Part shown: positions 13,520-26,099 of the stretch, piece after piece
Numbering within the stretch: position 1 is the first letter of the stretch
How the letters are laid out: each line of letters starts with the position of its first letter
Assembly (NCBI GenBank): GCA_013239625.1
Contig: MU053652.1
Location: forward strand, 3,709,902 to 3,773,901
Reading direction: 5' to 3'
Length of the DNA: 64,000 nucleotides
Source: Lama guanicoe
Lineage: Eukaryota
Position numbers and translations under genes: made by a program
The notes under the pieces: model-generated
The model's database searches: none
Seen by the model: only the letters and a program-made list of their open reading frames with translations
Told to the model about the DNA's origin: nothing

Positions 13520-14461
13520 ATCTAAAGTGATGTGGCTTGACAGAACATTCCCTTGTAATACTGTGTGAGAGTGCTCACTCTAGAACAAAATTCATTAAAA
13601 GAGCAGAGTAAATTAAAAGAGTAGTTTTTATGCTACTGTTCTTTAGCATTCCCTCCAGAAACAGAAGTGTTTTTTATAAAACATGATGAGTAACTAGAGT
13701 GGGCAGAGAAATGGAAGCCTGCTTTCTTTGTAAAACACTAGGTGACTGCAGGGGTTTTGTTGTTTGCACTGTATGTGTAGATGTCATCGGTGTACACCCA
13801 GCTGAATCAGGCAAGAAGGGAGTTAATAAATGTTTATTAAAATTAATATGAATAAATACAGTAAATTGGTACTTATCTGTGTTACGATTGTTTATGATTT
13901 TAAGTGTCCATATAGGTTCCCACCCTTATTACCCAGAATAATTGAAGAACTGGTTATATTCATCTCCATTAGAAATTAGAAGAATTGAATTAAATGTTAA
14001 GGCCTATAAAATTGTGTTCAGTTCTTTTAAGATGTGATGCTTGAATACTTCTCAGGGTGGGGATTTTTTTTCAAAGTTGTAGAAATGGTGATGTTAAGAC
14101 ATTACTCAGTTTGTGAGAATGTGGAGTACTATAGCATATTGGGCACAGGTTTTAATTCATAAGCAGTGTATAGTAATGTTTCTCAATTCTCAGTTTAGAA
14201 AGTAGAGCGAATTAGAATTGGGACAACTGCCTTTCAAAGAGAGTATCAAGTGTACCTCTATCTGATTCTTCAAATTAAGTTTAAAGATTGGTTTTGAAAG
14301 GAGTATGTAAAATATAAGTCACAGGTAATGGAGCACTTTTATGGAAAAACATCCATGTGATTAAATACCTAGGAAGGTAAGACATTTTGACTACTAAATT
14401 CACATGAATTTTAGGTGAACTTGCTTGTTCCGTGCATGACGTATTTCTGTTTGTTTTTCAG

Positions 14462-14590
14462 ATCTTACCAATATATTTGAGTCCTTCCTGCCCCAGTTGT
14501 TGGCCTATCCCAACCCCATAGATCCTCTCAATGGTGACGCTGCAGCTATGTACCTCCATCGACCAGAAGAATACAAGCAGAAAATTAAAG
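14462..14590 (+). CDS. UBE2H: UBE2H penultimate coding exon (129 bp)
   Basis: tttctgtttgtttttcAG acceptor and AAG|GTAAGG donor; reads (D)[42 protein letters not shown](E); phase matches both flanking exons. Confidence 0.98.
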
Positions 14591-17087
14591 GTAAGGCAAA
14601 TAGTTGAGCCTGGGGACAGAAGAACTTAAGTCTGTTGTGTTTTGATCATTAAAACCCTTCTTAGTTATTCATAATTTTTCTCAGGCATAAAAAGAGACGG
14701 CTGTGGGCTGGAGCAGAGTTCACTGGCCTCGGTAGCTAGGTTCGAGGGTCAGAGACACCTTTAAAAAGCTGGAGGTTTCAGCAAGGAAGAAGGGAAATAG
14801 AGAGAGAGGGAAAAAAAAAGGGAAGTTGAGGAAGAGGGGTGTTTACTAACTGGGTGGTAGTAGACATAGCCCTGCCCAGAAATCCCTGTGACCACCTGTA
14901 TGGAAGAACCTTTGCCTTCATTTGCTTCCTCTTGTCGTGTAAAATTAGAAAATTGGACTTGAGAGTAAAGGATTAATTGAAAGGCATAATCTCACATTTG
15001 TTTACAAATGGAATTGTCCTGGCCCATCAGGACAGCAGTTAACTTTAGGAGTTGGGGAATAATTACCGAATTCATTATTAGACTTTTAAAAAATTATATC
15101 ATGTTATCTGTTGAATAAAAAGTACCCAACTGGCTAACTGGCTGCTTTTCTTGGTCTCATACTGATATGCTTGTATATTGGGGAGTTTACATCTAGGCAC
15201 ATTTCTCTTCTACTGGCCCCAGTGCCCTGGAGCTGTGGATTTTTCTATTAAAACTTAAAATGTGCTATCAAAGTTTAGAAATGCGCGGCACTACTACATT
15301 TAGAAATTTGGTAGCACTAGTTGGCTCATCCTGTAAGATTTAGAATCCTGTTTTCCCATTCTTAGTTTACATGCTCATGGGAACAAACTTCGTTAAGATG
15401 AAAACGTGGTTCTGAAAGGACAGCTAAAGCTACACACAAGGTTGCCCTGTTCATCACGTTGTCCTTTTATCTCTGTGTATGTTTGAGAACTTTCATAGTG
15501 AAAAGTCTAGATACATAAAGCTCCACCAGAAAGGAGAGAAATTTAAAGTCCATGAAAATAGGCCTGCTCTTCTTAACAAATGGCTTAGCATGACTTGTTC
15601 ATCTGCATAACCATTCAGAACGTCAGCTTCTACAAGGTATATGGCCCCTCTGAGCACGTTTGCAAGAGATGGTAGTAGAAATAATTTATGAAAGCCCAGA
15701 ATACATCGGTCTTCCCTCTTCTGTGATGGTATGAGACGAATGGGAGCATCTGAGGCTACTGAACTGTAGTTTTCCTTTTCTTCATTTTTTCATTCTTCCC
15801 TGGTCTCCTAGGATTTCATTTGGTACTTTTGTTGAGAATAAAGTAAAAATAAATTTACTGTAATTAATTTACTTAGGGCTCAGGTGCTTTGCAAATTAAT
15901 ATCTAATTTATGTAGCAAAATATCGATAAAGGCAAAGAAACATATATTTAAAGAAAAACGTAGTCATTTTCGACCAGATAAAATTCTGTTATGAGACTGT
16001 ATTAAAATTTTGACATAGCAGTCACTTAACAGTGTCTGCAACCCACAGATACCTCGGTGCAGAGCATATTTCTATAGTTCTTATATTCATTATGCCTCAC
16101 TGTTTAACACTATTCCTGTTTTAGTTCCTATCTGCTATAGTCCCAATTACAAATGGAACCCAAACTACGTTTTTATCTTAGAACAGCAAGCTCTAGCTTA
16201 GGCTCTAGATTTCTGAAACATTAGTGTTGGCTATCATTAGTGATCTGAGGTCTGTCAGACCTGAGCTCACCCCAACTTCCTACTGCTCCTTTATATATAT
16301 TCCCCCCACCATCTTTTCTTTGTTGCTTCCTATGGAAAATAAGAGAGCCTGTCTTATTTCTCAGACCCAGGCCTCCACCAACCTGTGATCTTGGTCTCCC
16401 ATTTATCCCCTTCTTCCTAGCATGTTGGTCTTCCTCCTCCTCCATGTTACCGCCTCAGAGGTATCCCCATGTCAGAAGCCTTTATCTGCTCCTGTGGACT
16501 CCTTTAAGTCTTGCTGTTTATTTCCTTTAGTTTTCAAACTTCTCACTTCCTTGCCTTAAACTCCTGGGGTCTAGTTTTGTTTCTTCTCCCCTTCTGAATT
16601 TGTGACCCTCTCTCTCCCTAATCATTTAGACTTTTCTCAAGACCCGTTTTCCTGGACCTCTCTGCAAATATGGCCTTCCTGGCTCTCACAGGCTGCAGTC
16701 CTTTCCTCCTGCTTCCTTCTGATGGCACTTAGCAGCTGACTGTTTTTATCTTTGTCTGTGACTCCTGCTTATTAGTGACCTTGCTGTTCATTTTTCTATC
16801 TCCTGAAAGGCCTTGTCCCAGTAAGCACTTACGACACATTGGTCTCTTTGAATGTACTGAAGAAGGCGCATAGCATCAAATTACAGTGTCAGAGTGCAGC
16901 AGCTTCTCTCTACAAAGGAAGAAAAAGTAGCCAATTTTAGAGAGTAAAAATAAAATTTCTAAGACTTTAATAAACACTTTTCTCACTCTAAAAAGTAAAT
17001 TAAGGTAAGTTTCTACCTAGCCAGGGGCTTTTGAAGTCTCATTATCTCAGCATAAAATTTTGTTATAATGAATTTGTAGGGCTCTAA

Positions 17088-17275
17088 GTCAGAAGTCTGC
17101 AAACTTCTTCTGTAAATGCCCAGATTTGGCCACATACAGTCTCTGTCATGCACTCTTCTTTTTCTCTTCCTTTTTTTAACAACCCTTTGAAAATATAAAA
17201 AACATTCTTAGCTGGCCCTGCACTAAATTGTTCGGACTTGATCCTTTTACCTTCTCTTCTAGTCCCTGCAACTCC
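17088..17275. mobile_element. MER58C-like hAT element
   Basis: tctgcaaacttcttctgtaaa...acaaccctttgaaaatataaaaaacattcttagct. Confidence 0.6.
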
Positions 17276-18262
17276 ATAGGACGAAAAACAAAGCACGAGG
17301 ACACGAGGATATATTTTTCTGGATAGGATTCTGTCTCGTCTTTTCCTATTGTGTGAATAGGCTATTTACTTAAACTGTCTGCACCTGGACTTTTAGGAAA
17401 AAGCTTAATTGTTTATTTGGCAGTTCTTAAATTTTTTTTTCAGCTAACCTAGATTCAGCCTAGGCTATAGCAGCATAAATCTTTAGGTAAATAAATAATA
17501 GGTAGTAATGTCACTCGGGCTAGCTGTGTCCCCAGAGAGCAGCTTGTTCCTGAGCAGCTGAGAGACTTTTTACCAGCTGCTTCAAAAACCTGACGGCAGG
17601 ATCTGTTTAGACTCAAATCTCTTCCTAAAATAATAGACTTGGGCTGATGGTAATTATATAACTGTAGATCTAAATTGATGTGGGATTTCCTTGTAAATTA
17701 CTGTGGAATCATAACTAGTCCTGTTCTATCTGGGGGGTGAATAGTTTAGTTAACCCAGAAAGTAAAAAGAAAGTGTAGGGCTTGCATTTCCCCAGTGCAT
17801 CAAGTTTGGAGGAGTGCAGTAGCGTATCAGTAAGCAACAAGGGGCGAGTGAGAGGACGCCCTGGCTGGAGAACTGGGGGTTCTTCAACCCCAGACATCAT
17901 CCTGGATGTCTGCCAGCTTTCCTGGGTCTTGCAGCCAAGGCCCGGGGTGGTCAGGCTGTCTTGTACACGTCCGTGAGGGAGGTGATGGCCCAGTGGTGAC
18001 GCAGTGTATTTATTCCCCTGCAGATCAAGTGTTAAGCTTTGCCTCTTCTTACTTAAGGGGGCAAAGAGCATCAACTCCAAAGGCATCTCCCTGTGCAATT
18101 TTCCCCTTAGCTTTAGTGACTAGAATAACTGTCATCGTCTGCTTCCCCCCTGCCCACACCGCACGGGGAAAGCTTGGGGACTTGTCAGCTTTGGGGTTGT
18201 TGAAGCACAGGCCCACCTGCTCACTACCTTTGTGTTTTTTTTTATCCCCCAACCCTGTGCAG

Positions 18263-18387
18263 AGTACATCCAGAAATATGCAACGGAGGAGGCACTAAAA
18301 GAGCAGGAAGAGGGCACCGGTGACAGCTCGTCGGAGAGTTCTATGTCTGACTTTTCGGAAGATGAGGCCCAGGATATGGAGTTGTAG
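18263..18387 (+). CDS. UBE2H: UBE2H last coding exon with acidic, Ser-rich C-terminal tail
   Basis: Acceptor ...ccctgtgcAG at 18261-18262; reads (E)[40 protein letters not shown], stop TAG 18385-18387 followed by a second TAG. Confidence 0.98.
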
Positions 18388-18876
18388 TAGAAAAAGCACC
18401 TGCTTTTCAGAAAGACTATTATTTCCTAACCATGAGAAGCAGACTATAATATTCATATTTAAACAAAGCAATTTTTTTTATTACTAAACAAGGTTTTTAT
18501 GAATAATAGCATTGATATATATATATTATATATCACCCTTTAGATCTTGATTTCTTGGTCATTTCTCAACCTGAGGTGCATAGCATATTCCCACATTCCA
18601 TTTTGGTAGCAATATGCGGTCTGGATGCATGCATTCATAAGTCCATTTGGCCAAGTCAGCCTGTGTGCTACTGAACTGTCAAAAGAAATAGCCGCTCTGA
18701 TAGATAGACATGAGTAAAAATAACAGGAAAAAGTTGCTTCTTTTATTGATGGTTCCAAAGAAACATACCAAACCAACCAGCTCTTGGACGTGAAGATAGA
18801 ATAGTGCTTTTTCAAAATGGAAAGGAAAAAACTGGGGAGGAAAAGGCCTGCTGTGGGAGCATTTAGAGCCAGCCAC

Positions 18877-19239
18877 ATCAGAACTGGAGCTGCTCCTTCC
18901 TGTGTGCATCCTAGGTGGCCCCATTTCTGTGGAGTAACAATATAAAACAGGGAGCTAATTGGAGGATTGAAACTGAAAACAACTTTTTGACTTGGATTTT
19001 AAGTACATTTTTATATGTAGATTCCTGCCCTTCTCACTACCCGGCCCTGCAACCACAATCAGAACTGGAGCTGCTCCTTCCTGTGTGCATCCTAGGTGGC
19101 CCCATTTCTGTGGAGTTAACAATATAAAACAGGGAGCTAATTGGAGGATTGAAACTGAAAACAACTTTTTGACTTGGATTTTAAGTACATTTTTATATGT
19201 AGATTCCTGCCCTTCTCACTACCCGGCCCTGCAACCACA
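18877..19239 (+). repeat. Head-to-tail tandem duplication of a 181-bp unit in the UBE2H 3'UTR
   Basis: Copy 1 at 18877-19057 and copy 2 at 19058-19239 are identical apart from one T indel (ggagtaac vs ggagttaac). Confidence 0.97.
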
Positions 19240-20699
19240 AGTGTTTTGCTTTGGAGAACCTTTTGGAAGTGTTTTCTGAACCTGATTCTTTTTCTTGGGG
19301 GTAGAACTTGTAATCCAGACCTTTTTTGAGAGGACAGGACAGAAGGAGAAAAGTGACTGGGAAGATGTTTCCTTTCATCCAACACGTGCAGAGTCACATC
19401 CTCACCCTTTGCTGGCCACTTTGAGACTGCCACCCTGGACTGAGAGCTTTACATTTGAAGGAGGTTGTGGGGGTTTTGTTTCAGTTGTTTGGGGGGTTTT
19501 TTGTTTGTTTTTTTGGTGTGTGTGTGAATTGTGCTTAGACAGGTTGCAAATTTAATCCTCACTTACCAAGAGATGGCCTCCTCCTTGGACAGCTGCTCAG
19601 TGGACCATTAGACTTGGGAAGAAGACCCTTCTGGTGGCCGTGACTCCTAGGCACTCTTTCACGTTTTGATTTTGTTTTCCCTTCTGCTGCTGCTCTTGGC
19701 AGCAGCCTGGTCATCATCTGCTTGTGGGAGTGGGAAATGGGTATTTCAGACCCAACACACATTCTAAATTTAAAATGAGTAATAATTGGAATAAATAAAG
19801 GTTCTTGTACCCAAAGTGACTCTACATGAGAAAAACAAACACAGCTTTTTTTTCAGAGTGAGACTGAATAAGAGGAAAGGATTCAGAAATAGGATGTAGT
19901 AGAACAGGTTTTGAAGGAAGAAAATTTTCTCTCCTGTATATGTCAAGAGGAAATAAGACAGTTTAAATGCCTGCTAATCAGATGTTTACTCAGCTAACCA
20001 TATGTCCAGGTTGCTGGCAGAGTTTCTCCCAGATCCAAGTGTTGCCTGCTGAATTTGGAGAACTTCAGACAGTAGCTGTGTATTCTTTTTTGCCACAACC
20101 AGTAGGACAATAGCAGAATTAGCCAATCCTAAAATCTTCTAAAGATGATTTTGAATGTCCCACTGGGATAATTTTTCTTTCTGATGTGTGTTTTTTAGTT
20201 TAGAAGTGCTATATTCCACAAGATTTGAGTCAGTAAGGTTGGAAGATATCCTATCTTTTTTTATTCAAAAAGCACAATCAATCTTTTCTTTGAAAATCTA
20301 TATAAAATACAACTTGCTTTTAGCATGATTATTTTCCTAAATAAAAAGCAAAGAATTTACTTATTTTATGTTAATTACGGGCATGAAGCAAAAGGTTTTC
20401 TTTTTAAAAAAAATTAAAAGTGAGTTATGTAGGGCTGTGGTTAGTTAACTGTACTGAGGTATCTATCTAGCATTTGTGGCTTGTTGGAAGGGTAGTATTA
20501 ACTATTTAACATGTAATGGTGTACTTTAACTCTTATCTAGCACGTTGTCTTCTCATTACTTGGGGGAGGGAGGGTCTGTCTGCTGGCACTGTCTAACTTG
20601 CTTCCCTGCTGAACTAGCAGTTTGCTTGTGCTATAACCGTTATTTGTAGGTGCGACTTAGGGTAGGCTTAAAGTGCTGGGTGGTGATTTGAGTTCAAAC

Positions 20700-20705
20700 A
20701 ATAAA
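20700..20705 (+). terminator. Candidate proximal polyadenylation signal of UBE2H
   Basis: AATAAA followed by a U-rich, TGTA-containing tract. Confidence 0.45.
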
Positions 20706-22718
20706 AAATTGTATTTTTTCAATATTGTATAAACAATAGTGTTCTAATTACCTTTCAAAAATAATGTCCATATAATAATTGCCTTTAATCTTGTCAAAAA
20801 AAAAAAAACTAGTAGAACCAAGTTTAGGAAAGGTATGTGAGCAGTGCCACAGCTCTGCTCCCCGACTAAATCCATGTTTCTCTAACCTAAAGACATCAGC
20901 TTGCCTGCAATCAAGAGCTCCAGCACTAGGAGTCTGGTGGTACAGAATTTCCAAATGAAGATTTGTTGGGGGAGGTTGCAGGGGTTAAGAAGCAGACCTG
21001 AACATGGCTGCAGTGTGTGTGCACGTGTGTGTGTGTCCATTCCAAGTCTGTGTGATGAAGGCAGAATTAGGCTTCTACGTTAGCACTGGAAGCTAACGAA
21101 TTGCTACCCAAATCACGCTGTACCCTCTCGTCCTGTGCAGGTCTGTCCTTTCTGGGCACTAACCTTGGTCCAATGCATGTTTTTGGCTCTGTGTGGAGCT
21201 CTTCCTCTCCACTGGGAAATTGACTTTTGGTGAGTTGAACGGAATCCCTTCTCACAGTAACTTTTTATCCCTTCTCTGTGCCTAGGAGAGGTAGGAGTAG
21301 AAAGGAAGCTGGAAGAAGGCCTGGCTGTGACTGTGAGGACATTGGGCCCCCAATAATAGACGGTAGAGTGAGTCTGGAGCAGGGAATGGTATGACATCAA
21401 AAGCCTTTCTAGGCTGTCCCATCATAACACTCAGAAGAAGCGTCCAGAGCCCCTCAGAAAGGCTGAACATTACTGCTCTTAAAGGTGGTGGTGGTGGGTC
21501 AGAGCTGCTTCTGGCAGTTTCCTTTCCCTTCCTTTCTTTAGTAGCCATCGTTGTTGACATCCTACCTTGTGGTTTATCAGCGCAAGCCATTCTTTGCCCC
21601 TGTTCAAAGAACTAAGCTCAAGCTCTCGCCGAACATCAACAAGCAGGAAGGCTGCACCACAGCAGCGTGGGATCGCTGCCCTCCAGCAGCCCCGCACCGG
21701 GGCCTCGTGGGTTGTTTCACAGCAGCCAACCTAGACACTGGCATTTTTGCTTTTCTGTCTTCAGTCACATCGCCCTCCTTGAGGTTACTGTGCAGTTTCA
21801 ACCAGCATTTTATACTAGTGAGATAACTGTCAAAAGTTGCCATATCTCTCTCCAATACCTAATATTTTTCTTCCACTTCAAAAGCTGTTCTGATTGCCAA
21901 CTGGCTGATCTAAGCTCCAGAAGAGTGTCTCCCCTCGAAGGAATTTTTTCCCTCAAAAGACTCCCTGAAGCCCTAACTGGCCTTGGCCTGGCACTTGCTT
22001 TTTATTAGGCCTCCTATTGGGATGACTGAGAATCATGAAAGACAGATCCTCTGCTGGCCTCCATGGTGAAGTTGTTAGACAACCAAGTTTCCAGGAACTA
22101 GTGTTTGATTTTAAATGGCATGTGACCCTCTATGTTCTAGGGAATCAATTAGGAAATTTGAAAGCCACTAACAAAAGTTAGTAAGAATTTTATTCATCTC
22201 ATCAACTTCCTAACTGGGTTCATGGCCTTGTTGACTGAAAACAAGTCATTTCTGATTGGGTGCAAAGACCTGCATTTCTTTGGACTTCTGAATCCATGTT
22301 CATATTTTCTCTGGCCAGTGAAGATCTTGGCGATTCCATTAGGGCCTGGATGGAGTGGAGGCCCCTTGGGGAAGGGGGAGTTAGCCCTCAGGTGTGCAGG
22401 CTCTCCACTCACCTGAGGAAGGGCCAGGACTCAATTCAGCAAATACTTGTCTTGGCTGTGGGCTTGGGAAGAAATGGCCATTATTTACTGATTGTATTTG
22501 GTACATATTGTGTGATACTTGAAGAGATAAAAGGGACTTACCAGCCCTTAATTGAAATCTAAGCTTTTTATCACATTTTTTCCTTGCCCGCCCTCCTCCC
22601 TTCCACCTTTTTCCTTGCATTGTGATGATATAGTGGGCACTTCTGTCAACAGGACAAATGCCTCCTCTGACTATAACCTCTTAATAGTTGTGTATAATGA
22701 AAACTGTAAACTTTTTTA

Positions 22719-22724
22719 AATAAA
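22719..22724 (+). terminator. Probable distal polyadenylation signal of UBE2H
   Basis: AATAAA with upstream TGTA motifs and a U-rich context. Confidence 0.7.
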
Positions 22725-25644
22725 ATGTGTATATACCTTGGCAAATGGCTGGACCTTGATCAATAAGATAATAGCCCCAGTGATTACTAAGCCTGATTTT
22801 AAAAACATCCTCCCTGTTCATCCAGCTCCTCTGAGCAATGGACTTTGGCTTTTTTTTTTTTTTTTTAACTGAGAACTCTTAGAAGGCAGGTGACTGGGTT
22901 AGTTTGGGAAGGGAGTGTCACGTGTAAGCAGCAGTAACTGAGAGACCTTGTCTGTAGTCCTACCCCTGTACCTGGAGTGACAGGTGACTACTGGCTGTAA
23001 ACAGCTGGCTCTGAGGCTTCACCAGAACCTTGAAAAGCCATCTGTTCTGTGATGTCCTGTAGCCTGAAGGACCCCACCTCCCCCCAGGTGGATCAGTATG
23101 ACTCCTGTGTTGCTGTTCAGCCCAAACCTCTAGGCCATGTCAAGTAATGCTGAGGAAAGGGTACCCACCTGGCCTGGAGTTCACAGACAGTACAGCTTCC
23201 TGCCGGGCTGATCTGCCTCAACAGGGAAGAGGGAAGCCATGAGTGTTACATCTGATGCCGATCACTGGATTTCAATTCCTCTCTAAAGTGTATGCCCACA
23301 ACAGCCACCAGATGGCGATGTTGCCTCTTTAGCCTACAGGAGAAACTACCTGTGTTTTGCTTAAGACAAAGGTTAGACAGTTTTCCTTTGGTCATGTGCT
23401 CACTCCCCCAACCCTCTTCCACTGTTTCCTTCTCCGTACTTGTTTCCCCCACACTCCACTTTTTCCCTCACTGCATCCTGATACATTCTACAGTAGGTGC
23501 AGCTCTGTAGCCACCAGAGAGGAGGAGGGTAAGGCCGTTCTGGTGCCAACAAACAGCCCCAGCTCCACCTGGCTGCCTCCAGTGCTCAGATACAAAAGTC
23601 AGCAGGCTTTACTGTTGGTCCTCATGGACTCCTCAGCCAGCGGCAGAACGGACCAAAGGACTGAACCAGCGCTGTGAGTCCTGGTCCCATCTCTTCTGTT
23701 CAGCTGCGTGTGGCCTTGGGCTCTAGGCCTCAGGTTCATCTGTGACATGAGATCCCTAAACCAGTAAGTTCTAACTCTGACACTCCATGACTCAGAGCTC
23801 TGTCCAGGCTCTGAAACAACACCGTATCATAAGCTTTAGTATCCAGAGAGAGGATAGTATGTCAACCCCCAAAATACCAAGGTTTTAAGACCAGAGCTTA
23901 GAGTTTTGGAACCCAAGGAGCTTTGGGGGTTTAGAGCACCCATTTTTCCAGTTGAAAGGAGAATTAAGAGATCTGTGGGTCACGTGAACAGTCATTCTGT
24001 TGATCTCACACAAGGCAACTGCTTTAAAAACTCCATGGGAAGTCCAGGTGAATTCAGTGGGCCTGAGTCCACCAAATACCAGTCATCTCACCCAGCATCA
24101 CTCTTACTGCAGCCTCAGTCCAGCTGCTTCCCGAGGGGCAGGTGGCTCTTCGCTGCCTGCCTGGGGCTCTGCCCCTTTCCTTGGAAGGGGGACCCAGGGT
24201 TTCCGAAGTATGTTGTCCTGGAACAGAAATCCGTAAGCTCAGAACCTCAGAAGTTTTACTCACTTTTAACTCTTGCTATCTCTGAAGGCTGCTCTCTACC
24301 CAAGGAAGTAATTCGTGTGACACTGGATCTTGGTGTTTCCCGCTCCCCAACTAGAACCAGCGCAGATGATTTGTCTGACTCACATGCTCAGACCTGCAGA
24401 GAACCTGGATTCACCTAAGAGACTGAGCACCCTCGCTTCTGAGGAGCCCACAGGCTTCTCAGGGACTCAGATGCCCTGATGAAGCTGGGACAGTCTACCT
24501 TGGGCCAGCCCTGCAATCCAGTGCCTCACATTGTAGGGTTTGTGCACCCAGAACTTCTTAGAACTGAAGAGTTACCCTTACTTGGGATTTAATATTAGAA
24601 GGTAAAAGACACAGCATTTCCTCTCTCACTTTGTGTGTGTGTAGATGCATGCATGTCTATAGTGAAGGATGCTTAATTTTGAAAAAAGACCAGGGTACTT
24701 CTGTGCACCTGGGTTCCTCAGAGGTCTTTGGGGCTCAAACTTGGTTCTTGGTGTCAAGTGATTGGGGTGGCAGGAACAGACTTGGGCTCCCCAACAGAAA
24801 AACTTGGCCCTTCTGGCTGTCCCATCATTGATGATTAACCTGGAGAGGGGCTGCTGGACATTGGTGGGGTTTGGCCATCAGATCTCTTTGCTCCCCTTCC
24901 CTTGGCTCCTACCCACTGTCAGCTGGCACAGGGCAAGCAGCTCCCTTTGAGAAGCTTCAATCTAAATTCTGTTCTCTCCAGCTCTGTAAACAGTGGATCA
25001 GGTGCCTGCTACAGTCCACTGATGTGCATGTCAAAGTGTGAAACAGCTTTTAAAAGATGCGCTTCAGATTTCAAAAGAATTCTATGTGCTGGTAATAAAT
25101 CAGCATTCCAGAAACCAGTGTAAGTCCTCCATGGTGCTCTCCTCAGGAGAGAACCACTATTAGCAACAGCTGGAGAGGGCTTCCCTTGTGATCCTCACAC
25201 TGGCTTTGGGAGCCCCTCTGGAAGCAGACCAGGACTTGGCCCCACTTCATATTAACTGCTTGTGAGGTGCCTAGAGACCTGGGCACAGAGTGCCACACCA
25301 GTGCTGGACCCACATCTTCAGGCCATAGATGAGTGTTCTCGCCACAAGCTCCCGCTGTGCCAAGTTGCGTGCTCTACTGGGGTTGTGGGCACCTGTGTCT
25401 CTGAGCCTCCTCCTGCCACCTGGGCTCCTATGAGATGCCTCCTGGTTGACCCCGTGAACCTGGCTCACCCTGCTCGGAGGCCCCATGGGCTTGGTCCCTG
25501 ACGGTCAGAGCCTCTCCACACACACACCCCAATTTACACTGATCTCAGTGTCCCCAAGCTCAGGGGCCTGCAGTGGAGTCACGAAACTTAGACTGAGCCC
25601 AACCCACTCCTTACAGCAGAAATATAGAAGCAGGATGCCATCTA

Positions 25645-26028
25645 GATAAATAATTTAAAACTTTCTAGTAGCCACATTTTTAAAAAAGTAAAATTAACGT
25701 TTTAACTCTACATCCAAAATATTATTTCAGTGTGTAATTACCATTATTAAATGAATAAGATATTTTGTATTCTTATTTCTGTACTAACTCTTTGAAATCC
25801 AGTATGTATTTTACACAGCACATATCAATTTGGACACTTAACATTTTCAACATTGAAAGTACCAGGTAGTCCTACCAAAACAAAGTTATGTTACAGAAAA
25901 ATTTCCACTGCTTGTTTTTAAATTTAAATTAATTACAACTAAATATGAAAAAGTCGGTTCCTCAGTCACCACCCTTCAAGGGCTCAAGTGCCACATGTGG
26001 CTCGTGGCCACCTACTGGAAGGCGCAGC
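25645..26028. mobile_element. MER33/Charlie5-like hAT element
   Basis: tttctagtagccacatt...tctttgaaatccagtatgtattttacacagcacat...gccacatgtggctcgtggccacc. Confidence 0.7.
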
Positions 26029-26099
26029 CCTGGAAGCCTCTAAGTAGAGCACGAATTTTTAGAAGATACTAAATCACAGCAGCGACTTTTATCGGGGAT

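Larger units (their letters stand above)
18388..22745 (+). other. UBE2H: UBE2H long 3'UTR (end approximate)
   Basis: Repeat-poor sequence after the stop codon, running to AATAAA at 22719-22724. Confidence 0.75.

Noticed and set aside
18915..19433. ORFs with repeated peptide NNIKQGANWRIETENNFLTWILSTFLYVDSCP
   Set aside because: By-product of the 181-bp duplication in the 3'UTR
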